Positions 50,741-64,000 of a stretch of 64,000 nucleotides of DNA are shown piece after piece. Numbering within the stretch: position 1 is the stretch's first letter; every line of letters starts with the position of its first letter. Location: contig OZ024756.1 in assembly GCA_964016885.1 (NCBI GenBank), positions 9,858,001-9,922,000 of the forward strand, given 5' to 3'. The position numbers and the translations under genes are program-made. The notes beneath the pieces are model-generated. The model was not told the DNA's origin. It did no database searches and saw only the letters and a program-made list of their open reading frames with translations. This stretch comes from Eledone cirrhosa (lineage: Eukaryota).

Positions 50741-52290
50741 ACTTCTCTTAGGTCAGTATTGTTTGTTTGGGTGTTGTTGTTATTCCATTCATTTTTTCTG
50801 TTTAGCCTTGGCCTTCTAAGTTCTATTTCACTTGCCTCTCTGATTTGCCTATCTGCTGGGTCATTTCTATGTTGTCTATGTTACCGTCATGTTGTTGTCT
50901 GGCGTGTTCATATAGTTCTGAACCGTTTTTTCGTCCTTTTAGTTCCCCCCAGTGTTGGTCTATCCTTTCACCTATGCTACGAGCTGTCTCGCCTATGTAT
51001 GTTGTTGTCATGTTTCTGCATGTACCCTCTGTACATCTTATGCTATAGACTACGTTTCTAGTTTTACAGTTCATCCGGGGGTTTACTTTACATATAATAC
51101 ATTTATTAGTACAGTGGGTTTTCTTAAAAGGGTAGGTTTTGCTGATCAGGGATTTTATGGTGGTTCCTGGCTTTTCTACCACCTAAATCTTTAAGTGAGT
51201 CTTTCTCGGGGCCTTTCTACACTGGTTAGCTAATTTCCTTCCAGGGGTAGTGTCCACGAACATGACACTCTAGTATCTCTGGTTGTCGTACCATGAGGTG
51301 GCTTTCCCTATCATATGTTTAGTCCTAGCTAAGCTATTCCACGATTTGCTCCTGTATAATGGGCAAATTCCTTTCATGTCCAGTTCTATGAGGGTCTTAT
51401 ACTTCTCCATGGCTCCTTCGTATACTCTGATTCTGTCTCTTTGGTTGTAGCCAGAGAACTGCATGCGGTTGATGAAGTGTTGGGTGTGTATTTCCATTTC
51501 TGTTGGGTCGCACATACGGGACACGTTCTTCATCACTCGTACCAAGTCTGCGATCAGAATATTAAACTTAGCACTACTGGACATTGCTGAGTTTTTGTGT
51601 ATCAGGTATTTGGAGGGCATGGGTTTAGCGTAGTGTGAGTGGAGAATTTGGGCTCTGTCGTCTATAGTGTTAATCCAGAGTTCCGTGTCTAATACAGGTA
51701 GTCTATTGTTTGTCTGTGTCGACGTCGCAGAACTCCACCTCACTCTCAATGATCATCTCCACACATTTTTCCACAGCAAAATCAATGTTAATGGATGGGT
51801 ATAGTGACACTACATCCATACTGCCTATTATGCAGTTGGATAGGTTTTTGTTTTTGTTGCACTCACTGATTCTGCTGAGGAGGTCCTCTGTACTGTCACA
51901 TACATCTGGGGACATCTTGATTATGGGGCGTATAACCATTGAGAGGAAGTAGGAGATCCTGTAGTTGCTAGCTATATTTGCTCCGCATACAGGTCTTGTT
52001 GGTGGTCCTGTTGTCGGGTCGTCGACTGTCTTATGGTCTTTACGGAACCCATACAAGGGTGGTATGCCATTATTAGACTCCTGGAAGTTGTTGGCAGTGC
52101 GTCTGCTTGGCCTTAGGGTGTCGGTCCACATCATCATGTAAGCGTTGAGGATTTTCTCTCTCCCCTCATGTATTTGCTGTGCAATTTCGCTCGTGTTGGT
52201 GATGTGGGGTTGCATAGCCTTGATGTAGTTCGGCATGCTATCTATTGACATCCTACCAGACTTATCCATGGCTAAATGAGATTAATCTCA
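50460..52290 (-). mobile_element. degenerate Penelope-like element (RT with internal deletion + GIY-YIG)
   Basis: PPLYGFRKDHK..PTRPVCGA..SMDVVSLYPSI, LPVLDTELW..HYAKPM, RNVVYSIRC..C..YIGETARSIGERIDQH. Confidence 0.9.
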
Positions 52291-52360
52291 TTTACACAGA
52301 CGGGAAAACCATATATTCTCGCCTGTCTTCTAGTCCAGCAGTCGCAAGCGGTGGGAGGGG

Positions 52361-52402
52361 CCGTCCTGATGAAGGCCAGTTAAGCCTGAAATGCATAGAC
52401 GG
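52361..52402 (+). ncRNA. canonical minimal type I hammerhead ribozyme with long extended stem I
   Basis: ccgtc CTGATGA aggc-cagttaa-gcct GAAA tgca TA ^ gacgg. Flanks gtccagcag..gcaag pair with cttgc..ctgctggac. Confidence 0.9.
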
Positions 52403-52602
52403 TTGTCCCCCTTGCTTCTGCTGGACATCACCAGAGGGCGTTAGCCCCGCCCCCCCCATGTTTGCATAGCTACGGCTTCCTAAAACCGTATTTCTTTGGA
52501 GATACGAAATATTTATACATATATATGTATGTATATATATATACATATATATATATATACTATACATATATATACTATACATACATATATATATATATAT
52601 AT

Positions 52603-52649
<47 letters not shown>

Positions 52650-53629
52650 CATATGTATATACTATACATATATATACATACATATGTATATACTATACAT
52701 ATATATACTATACATACTATACATACATACATATATATATATACATACACACACATATATATATATATACTACTCAGGGTGAGCCAAAAGTACTGTTACA
52801 AAGGTATTTCAGCCAAATTTGGACCAATTTACTTCAAAATTTGCACACTAGATTGGAGTTGGTGATGGTTGATGTGGTTGTATAGGGAGCCAGCAATCAC
52901 CATTGTGTGTGTGTGTGGATTAATGTATGAAAGGAATTCCTTCTGGAAGCAAGAGGAAATGTTTGACATCCAAACAAGTATCCTCTGGGGACTTTTCTCA
53001 GTAGGAAATCCTTTTTAACATTGACACAAGGCCAGTAATTTGGGGGAAAGGGTAAAATACTCTGTATCAAACCTATTACTTCATCATCATTGTGACCACA
53101 GTAGGACATGACATGGTACTTTATTTTATTGACCCCTGCCCCCAGAAGGCAAAGTTGACCTCAGTGGGATTTGAACTCAGAATGTTAAGGGCCATTATAA
53201 AACTTCAAACAAGTTTCTACCTTTTTTTATTTTTTAGATTTTGATTAATGGGGCTTAATGTCATTTTCTTCTTCTCTCATTTACTCTCTACCACCATCAT
53301 CCACCCTTGTCCTATCTGATCTACCTTCCTACACCCTCATCCATTCCCTTGTCCACTCTCATCTGCCCCCATCTAGCCTTACTTGCCTTCATCCACCCCC
53401 ATCCACCCTTGTCCCTAAGCAGCTGGACAACCCAGCCTTGGTGTACCACAGTTTCTTGATATCAAATATCAAGCTGAGACATAACTGATGCTTCTAGAGG
53501 AGGAGATAAATGAAGCATGAATTGATAAGAAGGGTTTTCTTAGATAGATTGTCTGGTGGTGCTAGGGTGGGTTGAAGGGTCAGTTATATACATGTGGACA
53601 CTGAACTTGAGAGATCTACTACCTCATCT

Positions 53630-54865
53630 AACATGTATATGTGTGTGAGTATATATATATATGTGTGTGTGTGTCTGTATATCTGTGAGTATGTATGTGT
53701 GTGTATATATATATATGTGTGTGTATATGTATGTGTGTGTGTATATGTATATATATATATATGTGTGTGTGTGTATCTGTATATCTGTGAGTATGTATGT
53801 GTGTGTGTATATGTATATATATATATATGTGTGTGTGTGTATCTGTATATCTGTGAGTATGTATGTGTGTGTATATATATATATGTGTGTGTATATGTGT
53901 GTGTATATGTATATATGTGTGTATATGTATGTGTGTGTGTATATGTATATATATATATATATGTGTGTGTATGTATGTATATATGTGTGTGTGTCTGTAT
54001 GTCTGTGTGTATATATATATATGTGTGTGTATATGTATGTGTGTGTGTGTATATGTATATATATATATATATGTGTGTGTGTGTCTGTATATCTGTGAGT
54101 ATGTATGTGTGTGTATATATATATATGTGTGTGTATATGTATGTGTGTGTGTATATGTATATATATATATATGTGTGTGTATGTATGTATATATGTGTGT
54201 GTGTGTGTCTGTATGTCTGAGTATGTGTGTGTATGTGAGTGTATGTATGTGTGTGTGTGTATATATATGTGTGTGTGTGTGTATATATGTATGTGTGTGT
54301 GTATATGTATATATATATATATATATATGTGTGTATGTATGTATATATATATGTGTGTATGTGTGACCATATGATTTTTATTATTCTTAATCTATCTAAA
54401 AGTCATTTATTTCTCATTTTAATACCATTAGTGGAAGATTGAGAACTCTCCTCAGTTGGAAACACATTTCAATTCATTTCATGTCTTTCATCAACACCCC
54501 CTCCCCCATACCAATGCGCCCCCCCCCCCCCCTTGCCCCCACACCCCTCCTGTTTTTCATGCATGTCTTAGGAATAATTACTGTACAATCTATAAGTGTA
54601 CTAATGACTATTTGTCTATATATGTGTATGTTGTATGTATCTTTGTATGTATGTGTGTTGTATGTATGTATATGTATGTATGTATGTATATGTATGTATG
54701 TATGTTGTATTATGTATATATCTATGTTGTATGTATATATGTATGTATGTTGTATGTATGTATGTTGTATATATGTTGTATGTATATATATTTATATATA
54801 TGTATGTATATTGTATGCATGTTGTATGTATGTATGTATGTATATATATATATTTGTATGTATGT
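53630..54865. repeat. compound (GT)/(TA)/(ATGT) microsatellites
   Basis: Low-complexity repeats. Confidence 0.9.
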
Positions 54866-54933
54866 AACCTCACTTCATGCTGTTCCTAACATCCATAAGA
54901 AGGCCATGAACACCACAACACCACCTTCATTTT

Positions 54934-55360
<427 letters not shown>

Positions 55361-55371
55361 TATATATATAT

Positions 55372-56941
55372 ATCATCATCATCATCATCACCGTTTTACG
55401 TCCGTTCTTCCACGCTAGCATGGGTTAGACGGGTTGTCCTGTTGTGGGCAGTGTCTGGTCGGCTGACCATGCCTTGCTCATACAGGAACTGATCTGGCTT
55501 GATTTCTACAGCTGGATGCCCTTCCTAACACCAACCTCATTTACAGTGAGTGCTGGGTGCTTTTTCGTGGCGCCTACACGTCCACTTTACAGTGTGGGCT
55601 GGGTGCTTTTTTGCCGTGGCACCTCCACGACCACCTTGCGGTGGGGGGGGGGGGGATATTGTTTATATGCTTCAGCATGTACCCATGGGAGGTCGGGTAC
55701 CCTGTATTACTGCGTGACGCCAGAAGTCACGGTCGTGTGTCATTGACTTTGAGAGGTGTAGTTGGGTAAGGTCGGCTTTTATCACCTCATCCCAAGTCAT
55801 CTTGGGTCTCCCCAATCCGCGGTTTCCATCAACTTCTAGTGCTCTGCACCTTTTTATGCAGCTGTCATCCTTCATACGCATCACATGTCCATACCAGCGT
55901 AACCGCCTCTCCTGCACGCAGCATTTGATTCCTCTTATGCTCAGTCTCTCTCTCAATTCCTTTATGCTTTGTCGTTCACGTATATTACTGTTACACATCC
56001 ATCGGAGCATGCAGGCTTCGTTTCTCTCTAATCTACGTAAGTCTTCCACCTTCAGCGCCCAGGTCTCACTACCATGCAACATCGCTGTTCGGATACACGC
56101 ATCATACAGTCTGCCTTTCATTCTGAGGGAGAAGCCTTTTGCAGCTAGCAGTGGTAGTAGTTCCCTAAACTTCTTCCATCCCGTTCTTACCCTAGTTATT
56201 GTACTTTCTGAGCACCCACCTCCGTTGCTAATTCGGTCACCTAGGTAGCAGAAGCTGTCTACTGTTTCTACAGGGCCCTCCCAGAGATTGGTGGTACTTG
56301 TTTCCTGTGGCTGTTTGCTTGCTGTTTCAGCACAGCTGCTGCATGTGAATCCTACATTCTTAATTAAGCTTCCTGAGATCCCGCTACATCTCTTGTGTAC
56401 CCATTGTTTGCAGTTGGGGCAGAGAATGGAGTTCCTACCTACACCTTTCCTACATACTGAGCAAGGCCATTTCCCTGAGGGGATCTGGGTTCTGTTTTCT
56501 CGTCTACTTATAAGGACCTTAGTCTTTGTCATGTTGACTTTGAGGCCCTTTCTCTCTAGTCCCTGCTTCCAGGTTTGGAATTTATTCTCTAGTTCTACCA
56601 TAGATTCAGCTATGAGTGCGAGGTCATCAGCATACAGGAGTTCCCATGGGCATCCGGTCTTAAACTCCTCCGTTATTGCCTGCAGGACTATGATGAACAG
56701 GAGAGGGCTAAGAACAGAGCCCTGGTGGACCCCAACCTGTACGTTAAATTCCTCGCTATACTCATTGCCAATCCTAACTTTGCTGACTGCTCCCCTATAC
56801 ATGGCTTGTACCGCTTTCACAAGCCATTCATCTACTCCTAGTTTTCTAAGAGCCCACCAGATTACTGCACGTGGAACTCTGTCAAAGGCTTTTTCAAGGT
56901 CGACAAATGCCAAGTAGAGTGGCTTACTTTTAGCTAGGTAC
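55372..56941 (-). mobile_element. 5'-truncated RTE-clade LINE (family A) with an open 413-aa RT ORF (55672-56913)
   Basis: AFVDLEKAFDRVPR, GVHQGSVLSPLLF, LLYADD, PHD-like CxxC insert, RRLRWYGHV, (GAT)n tail. Confidence 0.95.
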
Positions 56942-56942
56942 T

Positions 56943-56973
<31 letters not shown>

Positions 56974-57005
56974 GGTACTTATATACTTATATATATATAT
57001 ATATT

Positions 57006-57342
57006 AGAAAGTGAGGTTTTTTTTACAAAATGAAAAATAACCGGTGTCCTACACGAGTGAAAGTATAAAGAAAAAGAGATGAAATCGAAAATGCAACTGA
57101 AGTCTTATTTTTTTTTAAAATATATATATTTTTATTTGGTTCCTTTACTGGTTTCGCAGTTCTTCTGCTTTTCAAAAGGTGAGTTGAGATGGAGGGTCTG
57201 TGAGAAAAACCACAGACCCTCCATCTCAACTCACCTTTTGAAAAGCAGAAGAACTGCGAAACCGGTAAAGGAACCAAATAAAAATATATATATTTTTTAA
57301 AAAAATAAGACTTCAGTTGCATTTTCGATTTCATCTCTTTTT

Positions 57343-57349
<7 letters not shown>
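57006..57349. mobile_element. palindromic twin-hammerhead element, U3-A8 variant (HHRs 57142-57179 minus and 57234-57271 plus)
   Basis: Arms 57064-57202 / 57211-57349 with an 8-nt spacer. cctt TTGAAAA gcag-aagaa-ctgc GAAA ccgg TA ^ aagg. Confidence 0.8.
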
Positions 57350-57386
<37 letters not shown>

Positions 57387-57390
<4 letters not shown>

Positions 57391-57660
57391 CCGGGTGGTG
57401 TGCTGTTTCCTTGAGCAAGACACTTTATTTCACATTGCTCCAGTTTACTCAGCTGTAGAAATGAGATGATAGGGACTGGGGTCCCTATCAATCCACTGCA
57501 AAGTGGTCGTGGAGGTGCCACGGCAAAAAAGCACCCAGCACTCACTGTAAATGAGGTTGGTGTTAGGAAGGGCATCCAGCTGTAGAAATCAAGCCAGAAT
57601 CAGTTCCCGTCCCACCCTTGCAAGCAGGGAAAAGCGGACGTAAAATGATGATGATGATGA
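57387..57660 (+). mobile_element. 5'-truncated tRNA/CORE-like SINE with RTE tail
   Basis: Reverse complement of the 44247-44522 region. Confidence 0.85.
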
Positions 57661-60600
57661 TATATATGTGTATATATGATATTTGTATACTGTGTATATA
57701 TGATATTTGTATACTGTGTATATATATATTTGTATACTGTGTATATATATATTTGTATACTGTGTATATATATATATTTGTATACTGTGTATATATATAT
57801 TTGTATACTGTGTATATATATATTTGTATACTGTGTATATATATATATTTGTATACTGTGTATATATGATATTTGTATACTGTGTATATAGTATATTTGT
57901 ATACTGTGTATATATATATTTGTATACTGTGTATATAGTATATTTGTATACTGTGTATATATATATTTGTATACTGTGTATATATATATTTGTATACTGT
58001 GTATATATATATTTGTATACTGTGTATATATATATTTGTATACTGTGTATATATATATTTGTATACTGTGTATATATATATATTTGTGTACTGTGTATAT
58101 ATATATTTGTATACTGTGTATATATATATATTTGTATACTGTGTATATATATATATTTGTATACTGTATATATATGATATTTGTATACTGTGTATATATA
58201 TATTTGTATACTGTGTATATATATATATTTGTATACAGTATATATATATATATTAGTATACTGTGTATATATATATTTGTATACTGTGTATATATATATA
58301 TTTGTATACTGTGTATATATATATTTGTATACTGTGTATATATATATTTGTATACTGTGTATATAGTATATTTGTATACTGTGTATATATATATTTGTAT
58401 ACTGTGTATATATATATTTGTATACTGTGTATATATGATATTTGTATACTGTGTATATATATATTTGTATACTGTGTATATATGATATTTGTATACTGTG
58501 TATACTGTGTATATAGTATATTTGTATACTGTGTATATATATATTTGTATACTGTATATATATATATTTGTATACTGTGTATATATATATTTGTATACTG
58601 TGTATATATGATATTTGTATACTGTGTATATATATATTTGTATACTGTGTATATATATATTTGTATACTGTGTATATATGATATTTGTATACTGTGTATA
58701 TAGTATATTTGTATACTGTGTATATATATATTTTTATACTGTGTATATAGTATATTTGTATACTGTGTATATATATATTTGTATACTGTGTATATATATA
58801 TTTGTATACTGTGTATATATATATTTGTATACTGTGTATATATATATTTGTAGACTGTGTATATATGATATTTGTATACTGTTTATATATATATTTGTAT
58901 ACTGTGTATATATATATTTGTATACTGTGTATATATATATATTTGTATACTGTGTATATATATATATATTTGTGTACTGTGTATATATATATTTGTATAC
59001 TGTGTATATATATATATTTGTATACTGTGTATATATATATATTTGTATACTGTGTATATATATTTGTATACTGTATATATATGATATTTGTATACTGTGT
59101 ATATATATATTTGTATACTGTGTATATATATATATTTGTATACTGTATATATATATATATTTGTATACTGTGTATATATATATTTGTATACTGTGTATAT
59201 ATATATATTTGTATACTGTGTATATATGATATTTGTATACTGTGTATATATATATTTGTATACTGTGTATATATGATATTTGTATACTGTGTATATAGTA
59301 TATTTGTATACTGTGTATATATGATATTTGTATACTGTGTATATATATATTTGTATACTGTGTATATATATATTTGTATACTGTGTATATATTTGTATAC
59401 TGTGTATATAGTATATTTGTATACTGTGTATATATATATTTGTATACTGTGTATATATTTGTATACTGTGTATATAGTATATTTGTATACTGTGTATATA
59501 TATATTTGTATACTGTGTATATATATATTTGTATACTGTGTATATATATATTTGTATACTGTGTATATATTTGTATACTGTGTATATTTTTGTATACTGT
59601 GTATATAGTATATTTGTATACTGTGTATATATGATATTTGTATACTGTGTATATAGTATATTTGTATACTGTGTATATATATATTTGTATACTGTGTATA
59701 TATATATTTGTATACTGTGTATATATATATATTTGTATACTGTGTATATATGATATTTGTATACTGTCTATATATGATATTTGTATACTGTGTATATATA
59801 TATTTGTATACTGTGTATATAGTATATTTGTATACTGTGTATATAGTATATTTGTATACTGTGTATATATATATTTGTATACTGTGTATATAGTATATTT
59901 GTATACTGTGTATATATGATATTTGTATACTGTGTATATAGTATATTTGTATACTGTGTATATAGTATATTTGTATACTGTGTATATATATATATTTGTA
60001 TACTGTGTATATATATATTTGTATACTGTGTATATATATATCTGTATACTGTGTATATATGATATTTGTATACTGTGTATATATATATTTGTATACTGTG
60101 TATATAGTATATTTGTATACTGTGTATATATATATTTGTATACTGTGTATATATATATTTGTATACTGTGTATATATATATTTGTATACTGTGTATATAT
60201 ATATTTGTATACTGTGTATATATGATATTTGTATACTGTGTATATATATATTTGTATACTGTGTATATATATATATTTGTATACTGTGTATATAGTATAT
60301 TTGTATACTGTGTATATATATATTTGTATACTGTGTATATATATATTTGTATATGGTGTATATATATATTTGTATATGGTGTATATATATATTTGTATAC
60401 TGTGTATATATATATTTGTATACTGTGTATATATATATTTGTATACTGTGTATATATATATTTGTATACTGTGTATATATATATTTGTATACTGTGTATA
60501 TATATTTGTATACTGTGTATATATATATATTTGTATACTGTGTATATATATATTTGTATACTGTGTATATATATATCTGTATACTGTGTATATATGACAT

Positions 60601-61182
60601 TTGTATACTGTGTATATATATATTTGTATACTGTGTATATAGTATATTTGTATACTGTGTATATATATATTTGTATACTGTGTATATATATATTTGTATA
60701 CTGTGTATATATATATTTGTATACTGTGTATATATATATTTGTATACTGTGTATATATGATATTTGTATACTGTGTATATATATATTTGTATACTGTGTA
60801 TATATATATATTTGTATACTGTGTATATAGTATATTTGTATACTGTGTATATATATATTTGTATACTGTGTATATATATATTTGTATATGGTGTATATAT
60901 ATATTTGTATATGGTGTATATATATATTTGTATACTGTGTATATATATATTTGTATACTGTGTATATATATATTTGTATACTGTGTATATATATATTTGT
61001 ATACTGTGTATATATATATTTGTATACTGTGTATATATATTTGTATACTGTGTATATATATATTTGTATACTGTGTATATATATATTTGTATACTGTGTA
61101 TATATATATTTGTATACTGTGTATATATATATTTGTATACTGTGTATATATATATTTGTATACTGTGTATATATGATATTTG
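57661..61182. repeat. 3.5-kb minisatellite of ~20-26-bp units (TA)nTTTGTATACTGTG
   Basis: More than 100 direct units with recurring variants. Confidence 0.97.
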
Positions 61183-61321
61183 ATCCAGCTATGCTATGAG
61201 TTCAAATCCCACTAAAAGCTGTCAAATGGATTATACCTATGAAATCTCAGCCACTTACATTCAAATTCAACGATGGTGTAAATACTGAAGAATTTTTATT
61301 ATTCAACAAATTTCAGTTGGA

Positions 61322-61702
61322 CCAGGTAGGGTCACCACTTCTCCAAATTGAGAACCTTGGAGTAATATTTCTTGATAGAGTACATATCTCGGAGATCAGA
61401 GAGATGCTCCAGGTAGGGACACCACTTCTCTGAATTGAGAACCTTGGAGTAATATTTCTTGATAGAGTACATATCTCGGAGATCAGAGAGATGCTCCAGG
61501 TAGGGACACCACTTCTCTGAATTGAGAACCTTGGAGTAATATTTCTTGATAGAGTACATATCTCGGAGATCAGAGAGATGCTCCAGGTAGAGTCACCATA
61601 TCTCTGAATTAAGAACCTTGGAGTAATATTTCTTGATAGAGTACATATCTCGGAGATCAGAGAGATGATGCTCCAGGTAAAATCACTACTTCTCCGAATT
61701 GA
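61322..61702. repeat. 87-bp tandem repeat (~4.3 units)
   Basis: ccaggtag starts at 61322, 61409, 61496, 61583 and 61673 (one 3-bp insertion). Confidence 0.95.
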
Positions 61703-63465
61703 GAAAAATCACAGCTCTGGTACTACGGATATGTTGTTAGAATCACTGGACAGACAGTTTTTTTTTTACAGGCAAAACCAACCTGCAGGAGACCCAAGGG
61801 TAGACACATGAGGGAGATGGTTGGATAACATCCATGAACTTGGCTGGTTCATCTGGGTTGGAAATACAGCTGGTTCAATTGGAGACGGTTGCTTCTGGGA
61901 AGGCGTGCTTGAGGATCCTTCTCCCACAAACAAGATTATATAATAGAAAATGTAGAAAATAACTGTGTCCATGATCCATTGCCTAGAAAATCTGATCAGA
62001 GAACCCTATGGATGAAAAACAGTAGCTTCTTTTCTCAGACTATAGGAGTATCTTACATAATTTTCTATGCTAATATTTATAGCAATCAACTGTGTTCACA
62101 GTTATTTTCTACATTTGGGATTCCTAGATTTTCTAAGAATTTCAAAACTACTCAACATTCAGTTGTAATAGCAATAGGGATTATATACTGTTTACTATAG
62201 AGAAAGAAAAAATTTAAATGGCAAAAGTCAAAGAACGGAAAGAGGTATCAGCAGGCTCTACAGCGTAAGTCTAGGTAGTATATCTTAGTGGGACACCACA
62301 TACAAAATGAGAGAGAGAGAAAACAGCCAGCAACATCCGCTGCATCAGCTACTCCACCTAACTGGGGTTGTTGTGGCAATCATGCATTTACTCATGCAAC
62401 ACACCAGGAAGATTAAAATCTGAAACTCAAGCCAGGGACATACTTTCTTCCACTGCACGGAAAATTTATTGCTTACATTATCAAGGTCGGTGGATTGACA
62501 GAATCAATAAAGCATCAGACAACATGCTTCACAGCATAGAGTTACGTCCTTTTACGTTCTGAGTTCAAATCCAATTGAGGTTAGCTTTGCCTTGTACTGG
62601 GGTCTATTTAATAGACTTTCCCTTCCCTCATTATTAGAGCAGTGGCCAACTGTTCAAATCCAGCCAAGGGCAAATTTGCCTTTCATCATTGAAGGGGCCA
62701 ATAAAGTATCAGTAAAGTACTGTGGCTGGAGTCAGTATTATCAACTTTCATATCCCCCTTCCCCTCTAGTGATGGCCTTGTGCCTAAATCCCTAACCATT
62801 ATCATGAATGAGTGAGATGAAAGAGCAACACACTGGGATGGAAACTGAATCTTGGGTCACCAAAAGTTTACCTTCCCTCATCTGTAAGGTGTAGCTGGGG
62901 TAGAAAGAGCTACCATCTACTTAAGTTGCTGTGAAGCAGCTGTGACTGGTAGGAAACTATTTAATGCTTGTTTGGTCCCCATAAATCATTCCCTTTGCCT
63001 GCCCTTCCATTCAATACCTCATTGACACTTTCAACTTTTCTACATTCTGACCTCTTTTTTCTTCTTCTTTGAATGAGATGAGAATTTTCTGGATTTATTT
63101 TGTGTGTGTGTGTGTGTGTGTGTGTGCGCGTGCGAATGTGAATAAGTGTATCTGTATGCACGCACAGACATATATATAATATGTATAATGTGTGTGTGTA
63201 TATGAATATTTGTGTATGTATGTATGTATATTTGTGTATATATATATATACAAAAGTATTTACGCAGACACACAGACACACACACACACACACACATGTG
63301 TGTGTGTGTATAAATATAGTGGTAATAATTTGGTAGAAATGTCCAAGGTACAGAGACCATAGGACTTGTTTAAATATAGTTATTAAAGCCAGTTACTAAA
63401 TGGAGCCACACACACACATATATATATGTATACACACACACACACACACACATATATATATGTAT

Positions 63466-63499
<34 letters not shown>

Positions 63500-64000
63500 G
63501 TATTTATGTATATATATCTATATATATATATACATATGTATGTATGTATGTATATGTATGTATGTATATATATGTATGTATATGTATGTATGTGTATGTA
63601 TATATATATATATTTATTAAAATAACAGATTAAAGTTTAAGCAAAGAATCGCTGCTTAACGGGATCTTCTGAAACTAACAAAGTCAATCTGTAAACGCAG
63701 AAGTGAATATTTCAAAAAACGTTGCAACCGGAGGAAGACAGGAAGACGATACTTTGGTTAGTGGAAACGTTCCCTGGCTAAGAATGGGAAAAAATGAATA
63801 AGATACGTCATTAATAGGAGCGGTGAAAAACAATTACGTGCAAAGACAGAACCACTTTTATGGTATAAAAGAAATCGTAGACTAATGTTCTCTTAGGTGG
63901 TTCATAGAGACGTTCTCTGGCAATGAACGGAAAAAACGAAGATAATACGTCATATGTGGAGTGTGGAGAACAATTGCACACAAAGACAAAACCACGTAAA

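Noticed and set aside
52775-52860. Mariner-like terminus cagggtgagcc
   Set aside because: No partner TIR or transposase was found, and it is too short to call.
57589-60600. 1003-aa ORF and the overlapping I/Y/C/V-rich ORFs
   Set aside because: Translation of a stop-free TA-rich minisatellite with no protein-like composition.

Overview
Eukaryotic, AT-rich, repeat-saturated window. The SINE/RTE/microsatellite make-up resembles octopod cephalopod DNA (inference). Almost all ORF-track ORFs are microsatellite artefacts. Real coding remnants are transposon-derived: a near full-length L1/Tx1-clade retrotransposon (4.66-10.26 kb) nested in a 72-bp satellite inside a TTAA (piggyBac-type) MITE, further Tx1 fragments, several RTE LINEs, an R4/Dong-like RLE fragment, Penelope-like elements (RT + GIY-YIG) and a DD37D (maT) Tc1/mariner relic. 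One likely host exon encodes a signal peptide (23.76-23.84 kb, + strand). The most notable signal, read directly from the sequence, is a dense set of type I hammerhead ribozyme (HHR) motifs between 31 and 57.3 kb: about 13 intact-looking copies plus several decayed or partial ones, from several unrelated non-coding families inserted in (TA)n. They occur as retrozyme-like tandem arrays (467-bp and 593-bp units), as palindromic twin-ribozyme hairpins, and as inverted termini beside truncated Penelope-like elements. Two families carry a compensatory U3-A8 core (TTGATAA / TTGAAAA). All structures were paired by eye and need computational and experimental confirmation.
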